Assembly: GCA_964035545.1 (NCBI GenBank) | Contig: OZ037770.1 | Location: 14,560,642-14,624,641, forward strand | DNA from: Bugula neritina | Lineage: Eukaryota > Animalia > Bryozoa | Direction of reading: 5' to 3' | Length of the DNA: 64,000 bases | In this document: one piece after another, positions 1 to 15,500 of the stretch | How the letters are laid out: every line of letters begins with the position of its first letter | How positions within the stretch are numbered: position 1 is the stretch's first letter | Program-made: the position numbers and the translations under genes | The notes under the pieces: generated by a model | Seen by the model: only the letters and a program-made list of their open reading frames with translations | What the model was told of the DNA's origin: nothing | The model's database searches: none

Positions 1-1099
1 CTATATTATATTCTTCGAGTTATTTAATTGTATTATTATCTTGCGTCAAAAGTGTTAGTATTTAGATTTAAATTGTCATTAGCTGGTAACAGAAGAAAGT
101 AAAAGCGAAACTGCTAATTCTATTGCTTTAAGTTTAACGTAGGGCAACGTTTTCTCTTTGGCTAGCTTGACATTTTGCTGCTGTCAAATGATAATTCAAT
201 TCGCAGGCGTATTGCATAACGCATCATATTCAATGTTTTTAGTATTGAAGTATTTTGAGGATTAATATATTTCATTAAGGATATCAAGATATTCAGTGTG
301 TGACACAATGGCAATTAAAACTTTAAAATTTACATTGTACAGAGTCATGTGGTATAAATGATACTTGCAGGCATAGTAAATTATATTAACAGCCCATATA
401 TATGTTACATATTATATATGTAACATATATATGTAGTATGTAAAGCATATAAGATATTGTTCTATATATTATATACATTTTATTTTTCACTTTTCTCACC
501 TAAATTGATATATCTTTTATATCCGGGGATATATTATAACGCTGTGTATAGTAAATAAGGTATACAGTATAATTGTGCTTTCCACAACTAACTTTTAGCG
601 TGGTTATGTGTCTGGCATAGTTTAAATATTCATAAACCTAAATATTATAACCAACTACAGGGGTTTTAATGATAATTGTTTTTTTTTTGTAAGAAGACTA
701 TTAAATTATGACTTTCCACTAATGCAATGAGTGCATTTACTGCATTTATCTGCCTATTTGTCTCCATTGTAACAAGTTTTGCACTGGGTTTGCTATTTTG
801 GTACATATATAAGATATTTCACGCTGATTATGTCTAGCCACTAATTAATAAAGATATAATTAACACTGTACTAATCTGCCCATAGTGGCTACTGCGTGTT
901 TCACTTCTACCCTGTTAATCTGCCCTACAAACTCATTTTACTCCGAATAAGTGCATTCCACAAAAATATATTTTATATTTGTGTTTACGGAAAATCATCT
1001 GCATGTTTCACCTTGAGCAAGTTTAATCATCAGCCTGAAACTAACCAATAGTTCTACTGAAAACATGAAAATTCAATTTTAGCAGTTGTAAAATATTTT

Positions 1100-1170
1100 T
1101 CCACATTGGAATTTCAACCGCAGCCCTCCGGATTGCAAGCCATGGTGCGAACCATTACACTACAACAGTA
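1100..1170 (-). mobile_element. tRNA-derived SINE head (family A), degenerate
   Basis: Minus strand GTAGTGTAATGGTTCGCACCATGGCTTGCAATCCGGAGGGCTGCGGTTGAAATTCC has A box, CTTGCAA loop and B-box-like motif. It matches the copies at 12748 and 45555. Confidence 0.6.
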
Positions 1171-4100
1171 TTTGATGTGAATATAGGTACATAGAAACAA
1201 GAATTCTACTAGTTTTAGAAACTGGGCCTTAAATAAGGTTGTCTTTGCCCATAGTTGCTAAGTTCAGACAATTCTGTGTAATAACCTGCACTGTCCGTAG
1301 AAATGGTGCCAGCAAGATCACACTGATTGCAAACGCCACTCACTTTTTTGAATAACAAGATGGGGGATGCAGATAAAAAATATTTTGTTCGTTAATAGTG
1401 TAGCCAAAACCATTTCCCCCATTTTACTTTGAATGTAGGTATTTAAAAAAGTTGATAGTCACAAATGCAAGTTGCTTTGAGACGAATTTGTGTTTTTTGC
1501 AGCCAAGTTATAAATGCTGTGTCCTGTTTAATTCTTTTCAATTTTTGGAAGGGTTTTATTGTTTTGTGTTGAGGGAGTTTATCCACCCCTAGGTTGTATC
1601 CACCTCTAGGTTTCTCGTTCCAAAAAGATACACAGTGTCTTATCAGCGTAATTCACACTTTCCTGAATGGCCTCTCTGTTTGATTACTAGATTGTAATAA
1701 AACCACTTATTCACCACAAGACCTCTCCACAAAATGCTTTGGAATCTTGACTCTTTACTCACTGACAGAAGTTTAGAGGTCATTGCTATAAAATCTTCTG
1801 CAAAGGTTTTTGCACAAGTTTTGTTTAATCAAATCTAATCTCTAAAACTGAAAATTCATAGGACCAATCCTTGTAAATTTCCCATATTGTTTAAGGAATA
1901 TTCAGGAAAAGCCATAAAAATCTAAAAGTTTTGTAAAGTTAGAAGTTAGACTCAAACTTGCCCAACTTTTGAGCAATTCCAACAGCTTAGTTTCAGCTCC
2001 GTATACCTTATTTATTAGCTTTATCTGGTAGTGTTAAACAGAGTTTAGATAATATGTTAGTTGATTACATAAATACCTTTCTGATCATTAATTTTAGAGC
2101 ACCCGGTGCTAGTTGCATGCTTACTTTTTATATAGAAGTGGGATATAATTAATATATTATCTTTAAATCTTCTCAATAATAAGTTATTTATAAGCTTGAA
2201 ATAGCTACTTGATGACTAATCAGTGTTCTATGTACTTCTTTTTGGCCGTACCGAAAACTTTTTCTACACTTAATTTGCTGAAATATTTTTGAATTTCTAA
2301 ATAATCCTTATGACGCTGCCGGAATTTAGAATATCCACTTCCTATGAGATGAAACAGGAAATATGGATTTGACGTTCTGTAGATTTCAACTGAGGAAATT
2401 TCTTAGCCTGCTTCTCTCATGTGATTTCTCACTAATGTTTCATTGAAAATTCTTTGCCTTTCAAGTCAGTTATGTAAGTATGGTAGGTCTTGGAATAAAT
2501 GTTTTTTTTGTCGATGGGAAAGAATGGGAATTAATTGTGGGGTAATTAGAGATAGATTGTTACATAATATCATTTCCTTCTTACCAAGTTGTCTTTTTTG
2601 CAAATGTTAATTAAATTTCTAGTGAATTTTGCTCAGTTTTGCGCCACTTTTTTTAAAAAGAATTAAAATTTTATCGTACATTGCTTTTCGAGAAAGTTTT
2701 CAAGTGGAACTAGAATGCTATCAATTTTCTATAGGTATCAAATCACTTATAACATACAAAACTGATATAAATAGTAATCATTTTTTCTTCAGTTTGTTCA
2801 CAGTATTTTTATCAATAAACCAAGAATAGTTTGGGATCAATCAAATCACCTGTGAAAATTTATTCAAGTGTTGAATCACCTCAGATTTTTTTGTTAATTT
2901 CTTGGCTGACCTTTCGTTGACAGCGTTTCAAATATTGACAGCGTTTCAAAACTTGCTCTAATTCTTATAAATAGAAGACAATGCTATTTTGATGATTGCT
3001 ACTTCATGCGCCAGATGTCATGCAACTGTCAAAGGTGATTGTTGACTCTAGGTGTTTGAAAACAACCACTTTGACACCTGGCATAAGGTGCTCACTTGGT
3101 ACTACTCACTGAGTCATTCATAAAACTATCTATTTTATAGTTGATACCCAAGTGTTTACACAATAGCTGTTCAATGATAGCTAGCTCTACTACTACATCC
3201 AACTATGAATTCGTAGCCACGTTAGAAAAAGCTCACGCAAGCTCACTCACGGCCGTGTTAGAAGCATCTCAATATTTAAAAAACGGTACTAAATCTTTGT
3301 ATTTTGTTTATAATCTATAGAATTTATTAAAAATATACCATTTCACTAAAACTTTAAGTAACTTTTATTATAATTCTTGCTCAGTTTCTCTACTTAAGTA
3401 GGAGCTGTTGGCTATGCAAACATAATAGAGTAAAATGGATACATGTGTACTTTGAATACAGTTGTTTGGCACATTTACGATGGCCAATTATAACTCTGAA
3501 GTAAAATAAAAGATATGTTATATTATTTCTCAAGCATTATGTATCAATAGAACAGCTGCATTTAACCATGCCCAAGATGTAAATTAGTGCAAGTCTGGCT
3601 TTAGTTCTAAGCCTCCAGAGTAATGATGAATGTGGCATTCAACCTACTCCCCTCAATAATTAAATTTTCTAATGTTGCCTCTAGGCATACAAATTCATTC
3701 AATTAGGAAAAATAATTATTTTCAGGTAGATATTATGCCGTGCGAGATGAACAACTGGTGTTTTGCAATTACTTATACATGTGCCTGAAAAGGATAGTTG
3801 GTTTAGTTATTAAAGGTTTTTCTGCATTTTCCTTAGTTTACATCAGCTAGGGAACTTTCCATGTGGTATTTGTTATTTTTTAGGTTATAGCTTCTATTCT
3901 TATATTCAAATTTACATAATGAGCTAGAATAGAAAATATTATGCATAGACTACGGTAAACCATTTCAATTAAGATTATACCCATAGAATTATAAGTCCAG
4001 TAGCTTGATAGTTTTTAAGTTTATTAATTTTTAGGATTTCACCATTATAGTCTGCTAATTCTCTAGTCTTTGTTATGAAATTCCAATGGTTGCTCAGCCA

Positions 4101-6561
4101 AGAAAATGGTTCTAATTTGCATATTTCTGCAGTTAATGTGGCTAAGAAGATTTCTACTCAGACTTACTTTTGTTTCACTCAATATTGTTTACCGATAAAA
4201 AAAAGTTACTGTAACTTAAGACTACATCTCTAATAAAAAGTACAACTCCATTAAGTCCAAGTTTTAAATATGTGAACTTTGATAACTAGCCAGAGTTCAC
4301 ACATAAATTAGGGGCTACAAACTTAGTATTTTTGGCAAATGTATGCTGATTTAAATTCTTAGTGTTTTTCATGATCAGATTTTTAGAAAAAATTAAAATA
4401 ATTCAAAGATATTAGGCGTCCTAAATTTCAATTTTGTATGTTGAGTATCATTAGTGCCAAAGTTTTTGTCAAATGTAACACCATTGGGGTGATTAATGTA
4501 GGCACTTGTTTACTGACATTGCTAACAGGTGCTTGTAGTTTCTACTCTTGATGCATGAGTAGGCTGACATCTTTCAATCAGTGCCCTGTCAGTAGCGTAC
4601 TAATAAACATGTAATCTTCTTGTATATTATAGTTTGATAAAAGTCATGATTGCATTATTCCTGTTATTTTGTGAAACTATCAAGTTGAGACAAAAATGTG
4701 GCTGTTTATTTATCATCATGTTGATCTTTAAGAAATACAAAAAAGTTGAGATAATATCACAGCATTTCTGTAAGACATACATAATTGTTAGTACTTTGAG
4801 CTTAAATTATAAATTTATAAATGTAAGTATTGTAGTGTACGTAGGGAAGTGTGATTAGCATAGTGTAAGTGTCATTAGTATAGATAGCATAAATATACTC
4901 CAAATATAATTTACAAGCAGCTAGTATATAATGAATATTACATAATATTCGGGGGCTCATCAAATCTACTCTAAATGTGAAAATGAAAGCAACAAAATAA
5001 TGCCACTAAAGAAAGTAACAATATTGCACATCAAGCACTAAATGTCATACTTGAAATTGAAAAAGCATTTCTTTAAAAGGTTATGCTTGCAATAAGTTGC
5101 AGTGCATTAAGGCTGACACTATATAATATTTTTCTGCCCAACACACTTGACACCACTGATGAGTGCGCTATTGATAACTCATGCAGGTGCTCTTTTCTCT
5201 CTGCAAGTACTTGACTTCCCACTTCACCATGCATTGTGGTTCGTGCATCATGCATGCTTACCTACAATAGTAAGTATTGATAAGGCCATTAAATCTATTG
5301 CAGCGTTGAGGATTTTCAACACAGTTGAGTTCCAATCTGTTTGTAAATATTGCTTGGAGTACATAAAAATATTTAGACATCATTCATTATGTTTTAAAGG
5401 GACTTCTAAAGGCTGTCACTTTAAGAGCTGTTTAAGTGAAATACAGATAATATTTATTGAGGTGTTTAATGCTCGGTAGTTACTCTTTATCCTGCTACTT
5501 TTAATGAGAAAGTAATTTCTAGGTATTTTGGGAATATTTAGTTTTTATAGCTGATTATTAAGTTTTATATAATAAATTGAAATTCTGTAAAACATTAAAG
5601 CCACCACATTGCGCATTGTAGAGATATACATAACAACCTTTATTTAGGCTTTTGCTGATCCACTAACTAATATGAATATTTTGATTAATTGCATATTTTG
5701 TACCTTACTTTATAACTAATTCCTTTTTATTTTTAAAGGAAAATATTGTTACAACCATATTCTCAGCAAATTTTACCACCATTTACTAATTTCTGCTATT
5801 TGGTAATTACTGGATTATGTCTGATAGGTTAAAAATGTCAGGTTTGTGTTATAAGAAATAATAAATTATTTGTGCTTCAAATTTTGATAACCCAAACTTT
5901 TCAATGTTTTTATAAATTTTAGTTTGAGGAGCAACTAGGATGGAAGTGTTGCTAAAACAAAACTGTTATAATTTTGCATTACTCCACCTGTCTCACATTA
6001 CGTTGGGTTGAATGTCACTCCGCTGCCAACTTTTGTACCTCATTGAACAAAAATTAACACGAGAATGGAAAAAATCCAGTAACTCAAATTTTTAAGAAAA
6101 CCAATAAAATGTAACTAAAAGTTTTTAAATACTTTGAAATAAATTCGGCAACTAGTAATACTAACATTTATCTATTTTTTAGCAAACATATTTTTGTTAA
6201 AATATTGTGTTTAACAATAATTTTAACGACAGCATATTTCAAAAATCCTGCCAACCTTTTTTCTATTGTTCGAAAAACTCACTCGCCTGTGGGAGGAAGG
6301 TTTCTGAGTCACCTCACCACAGTTTGATTAATGGCTGAGATTACTGCAATTACTTTTAATTGATCAATAGTTAATCAATTATTTGAGATGAATTTGTGGT
6401 TTAAATACCTAAGAACTTGGAGGAAACGTCACTATGACAACGAAATAAATAATTAACATAATTTTGGGGATATTGTCACATTTACTACTACTTGAATTTC
6501 ACTTTCCTTTTAAAGAATGAAATTTATTTGACATCAAAGCATATGGTTTGTTTGTTTCTAG

Positions 6562-9500
6562 GATGTGTGTTTGGAGGCGCAAGGTACGATATAGATAGCC
6601 AATGGCATCCCATACTGGAACCTTATGGAGTCATGCATTGCTTGAAGTGTACATGTGAAGCGGTAAGATAACTTATTTTATTTAAATGCTTTCCTTTTTA
6701 TATTTCAAGCTGCCATGATTATGCCATTATCAAGAGTGAAAAATAGTGCTTTTCCTTCTTTTTTAATACAAAAAACGGGTACAAATCTAAGGTAAAGATA
6801 GTCAATAAAATAATTAATGCATTTTTGGATTTAAACTGAACCTTAAAGTAGATATTTATTTCTGTTTTTTAATTTTGTTAAATTTTAATAAATTTGTTTT
6901 TACTTTTAAGAAAAAAAGCCAGGTTTTGTAAGGATCAAGTCTTAAGTTTATAAAGGCAACTTTACATGTTCTGCAAAGAGGATATAAAAGTTTTGTCAGC
7001 TTTTATATCAACTATTATATAATAATTTTATAACAAAATGCCGTTGCATTCCACGCAAAATATAGGATCTTATGTGTGAGTTTCAACCATACTTTTGTAT
7101 ATTACTTCCAAGTCCCCTGTTCTTGTTTTAGGTATGTGTTTATTTTAGTCACATCCTAGTCACATACATGGGTTCCTTTTGGTCACACATTGGTCACATG
7201 ATTTGCTAACATCAGCTCTGGTTGTACACTGACTGTATACTGACTATATACTGACTATATACTGACTATATACTGACTACATACTGACTATATACTGACT
7301 ATATACTGACTGTATACTGACTATATACTGACTATATACTGACTGTACACTGACTATATACTGACTATATACTTACTGTATACTGACTATATACTGACTG
7401 TATACTGACTGTATACTGACTGTATACTGACTATATACTGACTATATACTGACTGTATACTGACTGTATACTGACTATATACTGACTACATACTGACTGT
7501 ATACTAACTATATACTGACTGTATACTGACTGTATACTGACTATATACTGACTATATACTTACTGTATACTGACTATATACTGACTGTATACTGACTGTA
7601 TACTGACTATATACTGACTGTATACTGACTATATACTAACTATATACTGACTGTATACTGACTGTATACTGACTATATACTGACTGTATACTGACTGTAT
7701 ACTGACTACATACTGACTGTATACTGACTATATACTGACTGTATACTGACTGTATACGGACTATATACTGACTATATACTGACTATATACTGACTGTATA
7801 CTGACTATATGCTAACATGACTTCTAGAGTATACTGTATACTATCAGGTTATCAAAAAAGGATTACTCCAACAAAGAGGTCAAGTACAATGCAGACGAAT
7901 CTCACACGAGTGCCCGGATGTTAGCGGCTGTCCGCTGACAGCCATGCTGCCTCCTAACAGCTGCTGTAAAATCTGTCCTCATCACCAGGGTCCGTATTCA
8001 CTTTGATGTCTCTTTTCTGTCTTTGCTATCTTTAGTCTGTTAGTGTGTAGAGCTCTTTGTACTTCCTGTCTAAGTGACTGAGTGATAGACATGCGTTCAG
8101 GTGGTGCTCTTCTTTAACTTATATCTATATAAATTCAAAATAAACATAGAATCATGAAAAATTATTTAAAATTGACGTTTGCCAATTAAAGGATTACATA
8201 ATCTAATTTGAAAAATAGATGAATTAACTCTTAAGTTTCATTGCTTAAGACGAAATAAAATGTGTCAATAAATAATTAAATAACATTAAAAAAATCTTTA
8301 TCTTGATAGCTTTTAGAAGTCATTATGTAATATGAAATCCTTAAAATAAACATGAAATATTACCTTTGGGTGGTGGATAGTTGCCTTTCTTGTGCTATGA
8401 ACTATGATTGGTGGAGGGTGTTGATCTCCTTTGTAATCTTAACAGTGATTTGGCGATTGTGTGAGCCTTTTTTGTAACTATAACTGTGATTGGTGGATGG
8501 TATCCCCCTTGCTTTCTAATGCCCTCTCTCCACTATTGCTTGTAGACGCTAACCTAACTTCCCAGGTGAATAGCTCGGCTAGGCATATCCCACCCGCTAC
8601 AAATAGCTATCAAATACAACACCAGGCCGCAGCTGCTGTACACAATAGTATAGCTTTTTCCAGTACTTCCACTCTTTCAGGTGACTCTTCTGTCTCCATC
8701 GTATACTCACAACCGTATAGTCACAACCGCATAGTCATTGTGGTTATACTCACAGTCATATACTCATTGTGATAATAACACTCTATATATGTGCTTGATC
8801 TAAATATTAACAAAACTCTACATTATCTTTTAAAAAGTAATATCAATATGTTTTAAGGATAATAATTTTTTAACATATTAAGCTTTAATAAGACTTTTAT
8901 GTTAGTGGGATTTGTTAATGTTTATTCGCTTTATTTAAGCTGTATGTTGGCTTGGTTGGTGTATATATAAACATGTATTTTTAGAATTCTCAGCATTATT
9001 GATACCGACTGAAAACTCTACAACTTATGTGATTGGTCAATCTTCTCTAACTTTGGAACAAACTAAACTTCGAATTACCATCACATTATCTAAGTAAGTA
9101 ACTAGTTAATAGTTACTAGTGACTATACATCATTCAATAGGTGCAAATATTCACCTCCTTGTGACTAGTTTTGCTACAAAAACAGGTCATTTAAAAAAAC
9201 TTTTTTTTATTTTGTAAATAGAATTTGCTAGATATACATTTATATTTGTAGCGTTCTTCCAAATCTGACCTCCATTTTAATAAAAAGGAAAAATGGAGTC
9301 ACTATTTATGAAGAAAATATTAGAAACAAGACTGAGCAGTTGGGACAAACACTCAAGGTTAGCACGGGTTACTTAGCTATATCCTAAATTCAGTAACAAA
9401 TACTTATTGCAATATATTACATGTTATATTATGGTATCATTATATTATACTACATTGCAATATATTGCATTATATTTTTTGTTATACTACAACAGTATGC

Positions 9501-12500
9501 ATTATGTTGTGCTATGCTAGATTATTTTAATCTTATATTGTATCGAATTGTATTTTATCATAATTTTATTATACTTAATAATGCTAAGTTTTATTTATTA
9601 TAAAGTTTTATATTAAATTATTCAGTAATACGTCATATTGCATTTAGTACCAGCAGAGTTTTGGCTCATGCTTTGATATTAGAAACGTTGAAATCAATTC
9701 AAATAAAACATTGGCATTTTCGATAAATTTAGAGCAGGTTATTTTAACATGTGTCATGTTATCAGCAAGTAGGGTGAATGGATTGCAACATTTTGGTGTA
9801 AGAATAAATTCATTGCATGTTTTCTAACTTTGCATAACAAAAGCATTTCAGTTTTTATGCTGGAAGAAGTCATGCTATTGCCAAAGGAAATTAAAATATT
9901 GCATAAAATTAGATAAGTTTTTATGCAACATTATATTTATTTTAATATAGTCTGCAGTGTTTAAAATATCTTTAATAAATTTATTTTATCTCAGTGAGTA
10001 GGATTTTACCAGATCTCACTATTTGTAATTTAGACTAATTTAAATTAAATATATTTATAACTTGCAATAAATCTATCTATAACTTGTAATAAATATATCT
10101 ATAACTTGTAATATATCTATCTATAACTTGCAATACATCTATATATAACTTGTAATAAACCTATCTATAACTTGTAATACATCTATATATAACTTGTAAT
10201 ACATCTATATATAACTTGTAATACATCTATATATAACTTGTGATAAATCTATCTATAACTTGTAATAAATATATCTATAACCTGCAATAAATCTATCTAT
10301 AACCTGCAATACATCTATCTATAACTTGCACTAAATCTATCTATAGCTGACACTGGCTGGGCTTTAGTATAATATTTATGAATGAATGATTTGTTTCCTG
10401 AGTCATGAATGACTTCCGATTATTTGATCTGAGTGGAAAGCCGAGTGTTTATAGTCTATTCAAACCTCTTTATTATGTCTAAAATTAACAATAAAACCAA
10501 GCTTCAGAATTGTGAATGTCACCATAATAACAACAATGTAACGGTAGTCACTTGTACTCAGGCTATGTGGATTACTACTGTTCCATAATAAAACCTGAGA
10601 GCTTTATTTAGGCAATGATAAAATTCATTCACAGAGTCATTTATTTGCTCTTTTCTATAGTATGACGTAGAATTTCTCTCCAAAAGTTTATTTGAAGAAT
10701 GTCAAACTGACCATGGGTGAAGGTTATTGTGAATTTTCCTATTGCCATTTAAACATGAGGCTGGCTATTGTACCAACTTATAGCTAAGGGCTAATTCATC
10801 ACAATACCATTAACAAAGTTGATTACAAAATCAAATCAATAGAGGTATAAAAAGTAATATGAAAAGGTTTTAAATTTCAGCATTCTTTGAAACCTTTCTC
10901 TTTTAATTTGCTGCACTAAAGCATTTAAATTTAAGTATAGCTAAACACAATTAAACCAAATAAAATTTCTAGGAAAATATTTTTTGTCATAAAACTTGTA
11001 GTATTTGCCTCAGCAAAGAGTCTGCAAAAGTTTAAAAGGTTTTTTAATTTTATAGACTGAGGGTAGATTAGGTAATTGGTGCAGATTTTTTATATAAATT
11101 TGATTGTTTATTGGCACTTGTAGTTCAACTACTTGATATTTTCTGCAGATATGTACCGTATGGAGAGACGTGTCCAATCACATTGAAGCTATAAAATCTA
11201 ACGAAGCGCATTTGATAATAACATCTGGACAAGCAGCTGAAAGTCTGTCAGGTTATGTGAAGGAGACAACTCCGAGAGTTTTAGGTTTGTCCTTATTTCA
11301 TAATTTTGTAGTAATAATTTACTTGGAAAAGTCACTCTGGTCTACTAAAATACTATACTATATTATTCTAAATATATTTATATATCTATATGTTTATTTT
11401 TATATATAGATACGTATATTATTAAATATTTTATTATATAATATTTTATTATATATTATTATCTTATTTTTATTTAATGTAATAAATAAATAACAATATT
11501 GAAATTTAGGAATTTATATGAATTTTATAATAATAGTATATATATATACATTTTATTATAACATGATATTTTACGTGCTGCATTTTTGAAAATGCTTTCA
11601 ATAAAAATTCAGCTTGCAGTGCATTGTGGGTTCTGCTGCCTCCAGGCTGTTGACTAGAAAACTTTGTTGCGTAGTCTCAGAGTTTTAGTTCCTCATTCAA
11701 TTCTGCAGAAACTTTCTCATCCATGTTGACGAACACAGAGACCAGAGGCTATGCTGCATCCTTATACATGGGAGTTGTCTTGTCTAACAATGAACTGGCA
11801 ATACGAGGTTTGGTAGTTGCTCCAAGGGCAGCCATGTCGGGTAAACATGTGGTTACCATGGAGATACTACGGGATAGAAGAGTTCTGTTTACTAAGGAGG
11901 AGATGGTGGCATTCTCTTCATACGTGAGTTTCTAATAGCATTAGATTTTCTTTAAATTTTCTCCTAAAGTTAAGAGGGTCATTTTACTTCAATTAGTACA
12001 CACTCAATATCTCAAGTTTTTAGCTATTTTGAACAATTTAGCTGCTAATTTTTTATGGTTTTTTGCTCAAAACTTCAAAACTAATAGAGTATTGAAATAG
12101 ACAACTCAATAATCAAAGTTTTACTTGATTTGCTATATTCTCTGCTATTTCTTTTAGTGAATTTGGGTATACTAACCATGATGACTTTTTCACAATGACT
12201 TTGCGCTTTGATGTTGCAGGACCCTCTCCCACTTTTTTTCTATGCATAGTTAGAATCAGCTTATAAATTTATCCCATGTAGTAATTTTTCTGAATTTAAA
12301 GCACATGCACTTTAATGTTTAGTCCTAATCTGCTGATCTTTACTAAATAAAGTGAAAATGTATATAAACATTGAAAACTAAACACAGCTTCGGTTAAGTT
12401 CATTTCCCTGATGACAATCTCAATAACCTCTATTCCTGCTCATGTTTCAGGGAAGTGAATTTCATACAAAGTGGGAGTCGTTATCAACATCTAGTTTGAA

Positions 12501-15500
12501 GCAGTTAGGGCGGGGTAGACTGACCACCCGACTTACTCTCTCTAATGGGATCACACTTTCGGGTTCCATTACTGTGTATCACAAGTGTGGCAGACTCAAT
12601 GCTCTGGTTACTGGACAAGACGCGGTTCCTAAGTATAGGACGTTAGGGGTGGCCAGTGCGCAGTTCAACCTTTCTCTCAATGGACAACTCAGCTACCAAG
12701 TGAGATTGTAGACTAACCATCTTACTGTAGTGTTGTGATTCCTTGTAGCCTCCATAGTGTAATGGTTAGTGTGCTAGCTTGCAATCTGGAAGTCTGTGGT
12801 TCGAGTCCCGGTTGTGGCAGTTTTTTAAATTTCCTTAGACTTATAGAAGTTGAATCATACCTTCATAATATTATAGAGAGGGTTTTTTATCGTGGAAAAT
12901 TGTCTTCTCTACTGTAAATATGATGTAGTTTATACTGTGACATATTGAATTACAGATAGAGGTGAAAGATATTGAGTCAAGGATCACAGAAATTATGATT
13001 GAAACCGACAGATCCACTCTCGCCGGAGGCACCAAAATAACTCGGCTGGTTCGAGAACTCAACGAAGCTACTATTCTGAAGGTGAGATTTGGACCCACTA
13101 CAGCCGATCTGCTGGTTTTTAGAATACTTTATGGTCATTTGCTAGAAGTTATTTTTGGAGGAAGTTTCAACTTTATTAAAACTAACCAGCTTTGTGTTTT
13201 GTACTTCATAACTGTTCTACAATGTAAGAATACATAACATATCTTGTAACAAATTATTAACAACATATTATTATTTGATTTTAATTAACACCTTTCCTAG
13301 TAATTTATTATTTGCACAATCCACTCACTGGATATTTTTCTCTCATGTGATAGAACTGATGTTTTTGATGCACATATTATTAATTAAATTAGTTTTAGCA
13401 ACATGGAAATCATCTAATAATAGTCAAGTGGCCTTTAGTTGAATTAGTTTTTAGTGGAGTAGCTGTACAATCAGATTTGCTGGCCTTATTTTTTTGCATT
13501 TTCAACTGAAAATATTTAGAAATTATATTATTATATATGTTTATACATATATAATAATTTATTATTTTATATACCTAATTACATTATAATGTATCATACT
13601 ATTTTATATATTAATATATTCTATATCAATAATTATTATTAAATTATAATTATTATTAAATTATTGATAATTAATATTTCATTTTCATTTCTCAAGGTTA
13701 AAGGTTTGTATGACAAGACAGACGGAGTGATAATACAGCAACTTCTAGAAGGAAAGTTATTTATAAATATACAGACCAGGCTGAGACTCAATAGTACTCT
13801 GAGAGGACAAATCCTATTGGTTCCTTCTGTCCAATCAAGTTAGTTGTTACAATTCAGTCTAAGTTCATTGGATTACCCAATCTCTTAAGTGTTTTTATCA
13901 CGAAAGTTTTATAATTTAATAAAAGTATTCACATTTAACAATTCTTCTGCTAATACGACTATGTTTTATGATTAAATATTATGTAATTATGTTACATAAT
14001 ATTAATATTTAATATTATGTATTTATATCACATAATATCAAATAATAATGTCATGTAACATAATTACATATTATTAAATATTATGTAATATAATTAGATG
14101 ATATTAATATTTTTAATATCTGATATAAAATATGATAATTACATAATATTAATGTTATTATTATGTAATTATATTACACATTAAAACACTGTAGCCCAGA
14201 CTCTAATGGTAGAAGGGAGGTCTGGGGTGGCCGCGCTCTCTTGGTGTGACAGCTCCAACTGTGACTTAGCCTGTGACCTTCTTGTTCCAAGAGTTGCGGT
14301 AAGAAGGGACGCCTCAACACAAGCCTTTCTTCAGTACTGGAACCAGAAGCAATTATTGGCTACTTTCACAGAAACCAACCTGGTGAATATTGTTGATGAC
14401 TGAAATGTATTCGTATTCACAATTATATATAAAGATGTTGAAACTCGGTGGTTTGCTAATGATTGTAATATCGCTTAGTTGGTAGATGTAAAGTTAGGAG
14501 GGAGCAGCCGTAGTCTAGGGGTTAGAGTTGTGGCTTGAAGTCATGGGTTTGAACCCCAGCTGAGGCCACTGGTGATGTTAGGAAGAGCATCCAGTCATAA
14601 TTGTTCCTGTGCCTCATCTGAATATCTCCTTGCCTGCTTTAAAAACTCTTTCCACCAGGTTTTCTCACAGGAATAGTGACTGTAAACCTGCATGAGTGAG
14701 TTCTGTATAATAATGTTGAGTGAGTAGATGTATAAGTTTATGGTTTGTAGATGGAGGTGTACATATCCAAGATGGACGTCCTTCAGATAGGCTCCACTTT
14801 GCCCATGCTTACTATCACTACTAGAGATGCCACTCTGTATGGGCAGGTAACTTCACATCAACTCTTTGCTGAGTTATAGTTTTAGAGCAAAATTTAGTAA
14901 TTTTTAGTTTAACTAATTGGTTTTGTTAAATTATTAAGAGATTTGCTTTAAATATCAGTTTTATTGGTTGTTGTTTGTATAATATACTCAAGTCATTGGT
15001 TATTACTTGTACATGGTACTTGAGTCATCTCTTATTACTTCTATATGGTACTTAAGGTTTATTTTCTGATTCAATATTTGGGGCAAGACAATTTGTTGCT
15101 ACGGAGTTATAAATGCTGTTATGAACATTGTTAGTTGTTTATGACTAATTTTACAAAGCATGCGTAATAACTCATGTACTATTGTGTAACTCAACTTTGT
15201 TACACTCTTTGTGATTGGTTGGGTATTGTTACAAAGCATTTGATTGGTTGCAGGCGAGCATACCAGAAACATGCTTTGAAAATTCATCTGGGTACGTGTT
15301 GCCCGCTTCTGATCAACAACTAGGATCTAGAGGGGCGTGGGTGGATACCCCCCTCGACTTGGCACACAAATGCAGATATGACAAAAAGATATACTCTGAC
15401 GGAGAAAGCTGGAAACCCAAGGATTCGAACTTGGCTTGTGTTACTTGTAGTTGTAAAGTAAGACGACTCTCAAATATTGATAAACTGAGCTATAAATGTA

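Noticed and set aside
1-6561. Chordin signal-peptide exon (candidates near 2990-3035, 4634-4858, 5147-5479)
   Set aside because: None gives a convincing ATG plus signal peptide plus strong phase-1 donor. The exon may be unrecognised or outside the window.
12748-12819. Functional tRNA-Ala gene
   Set aside because: Acceptor, D, anticodon and T stems are mispaired, and degenerate sister copies are dispersed.
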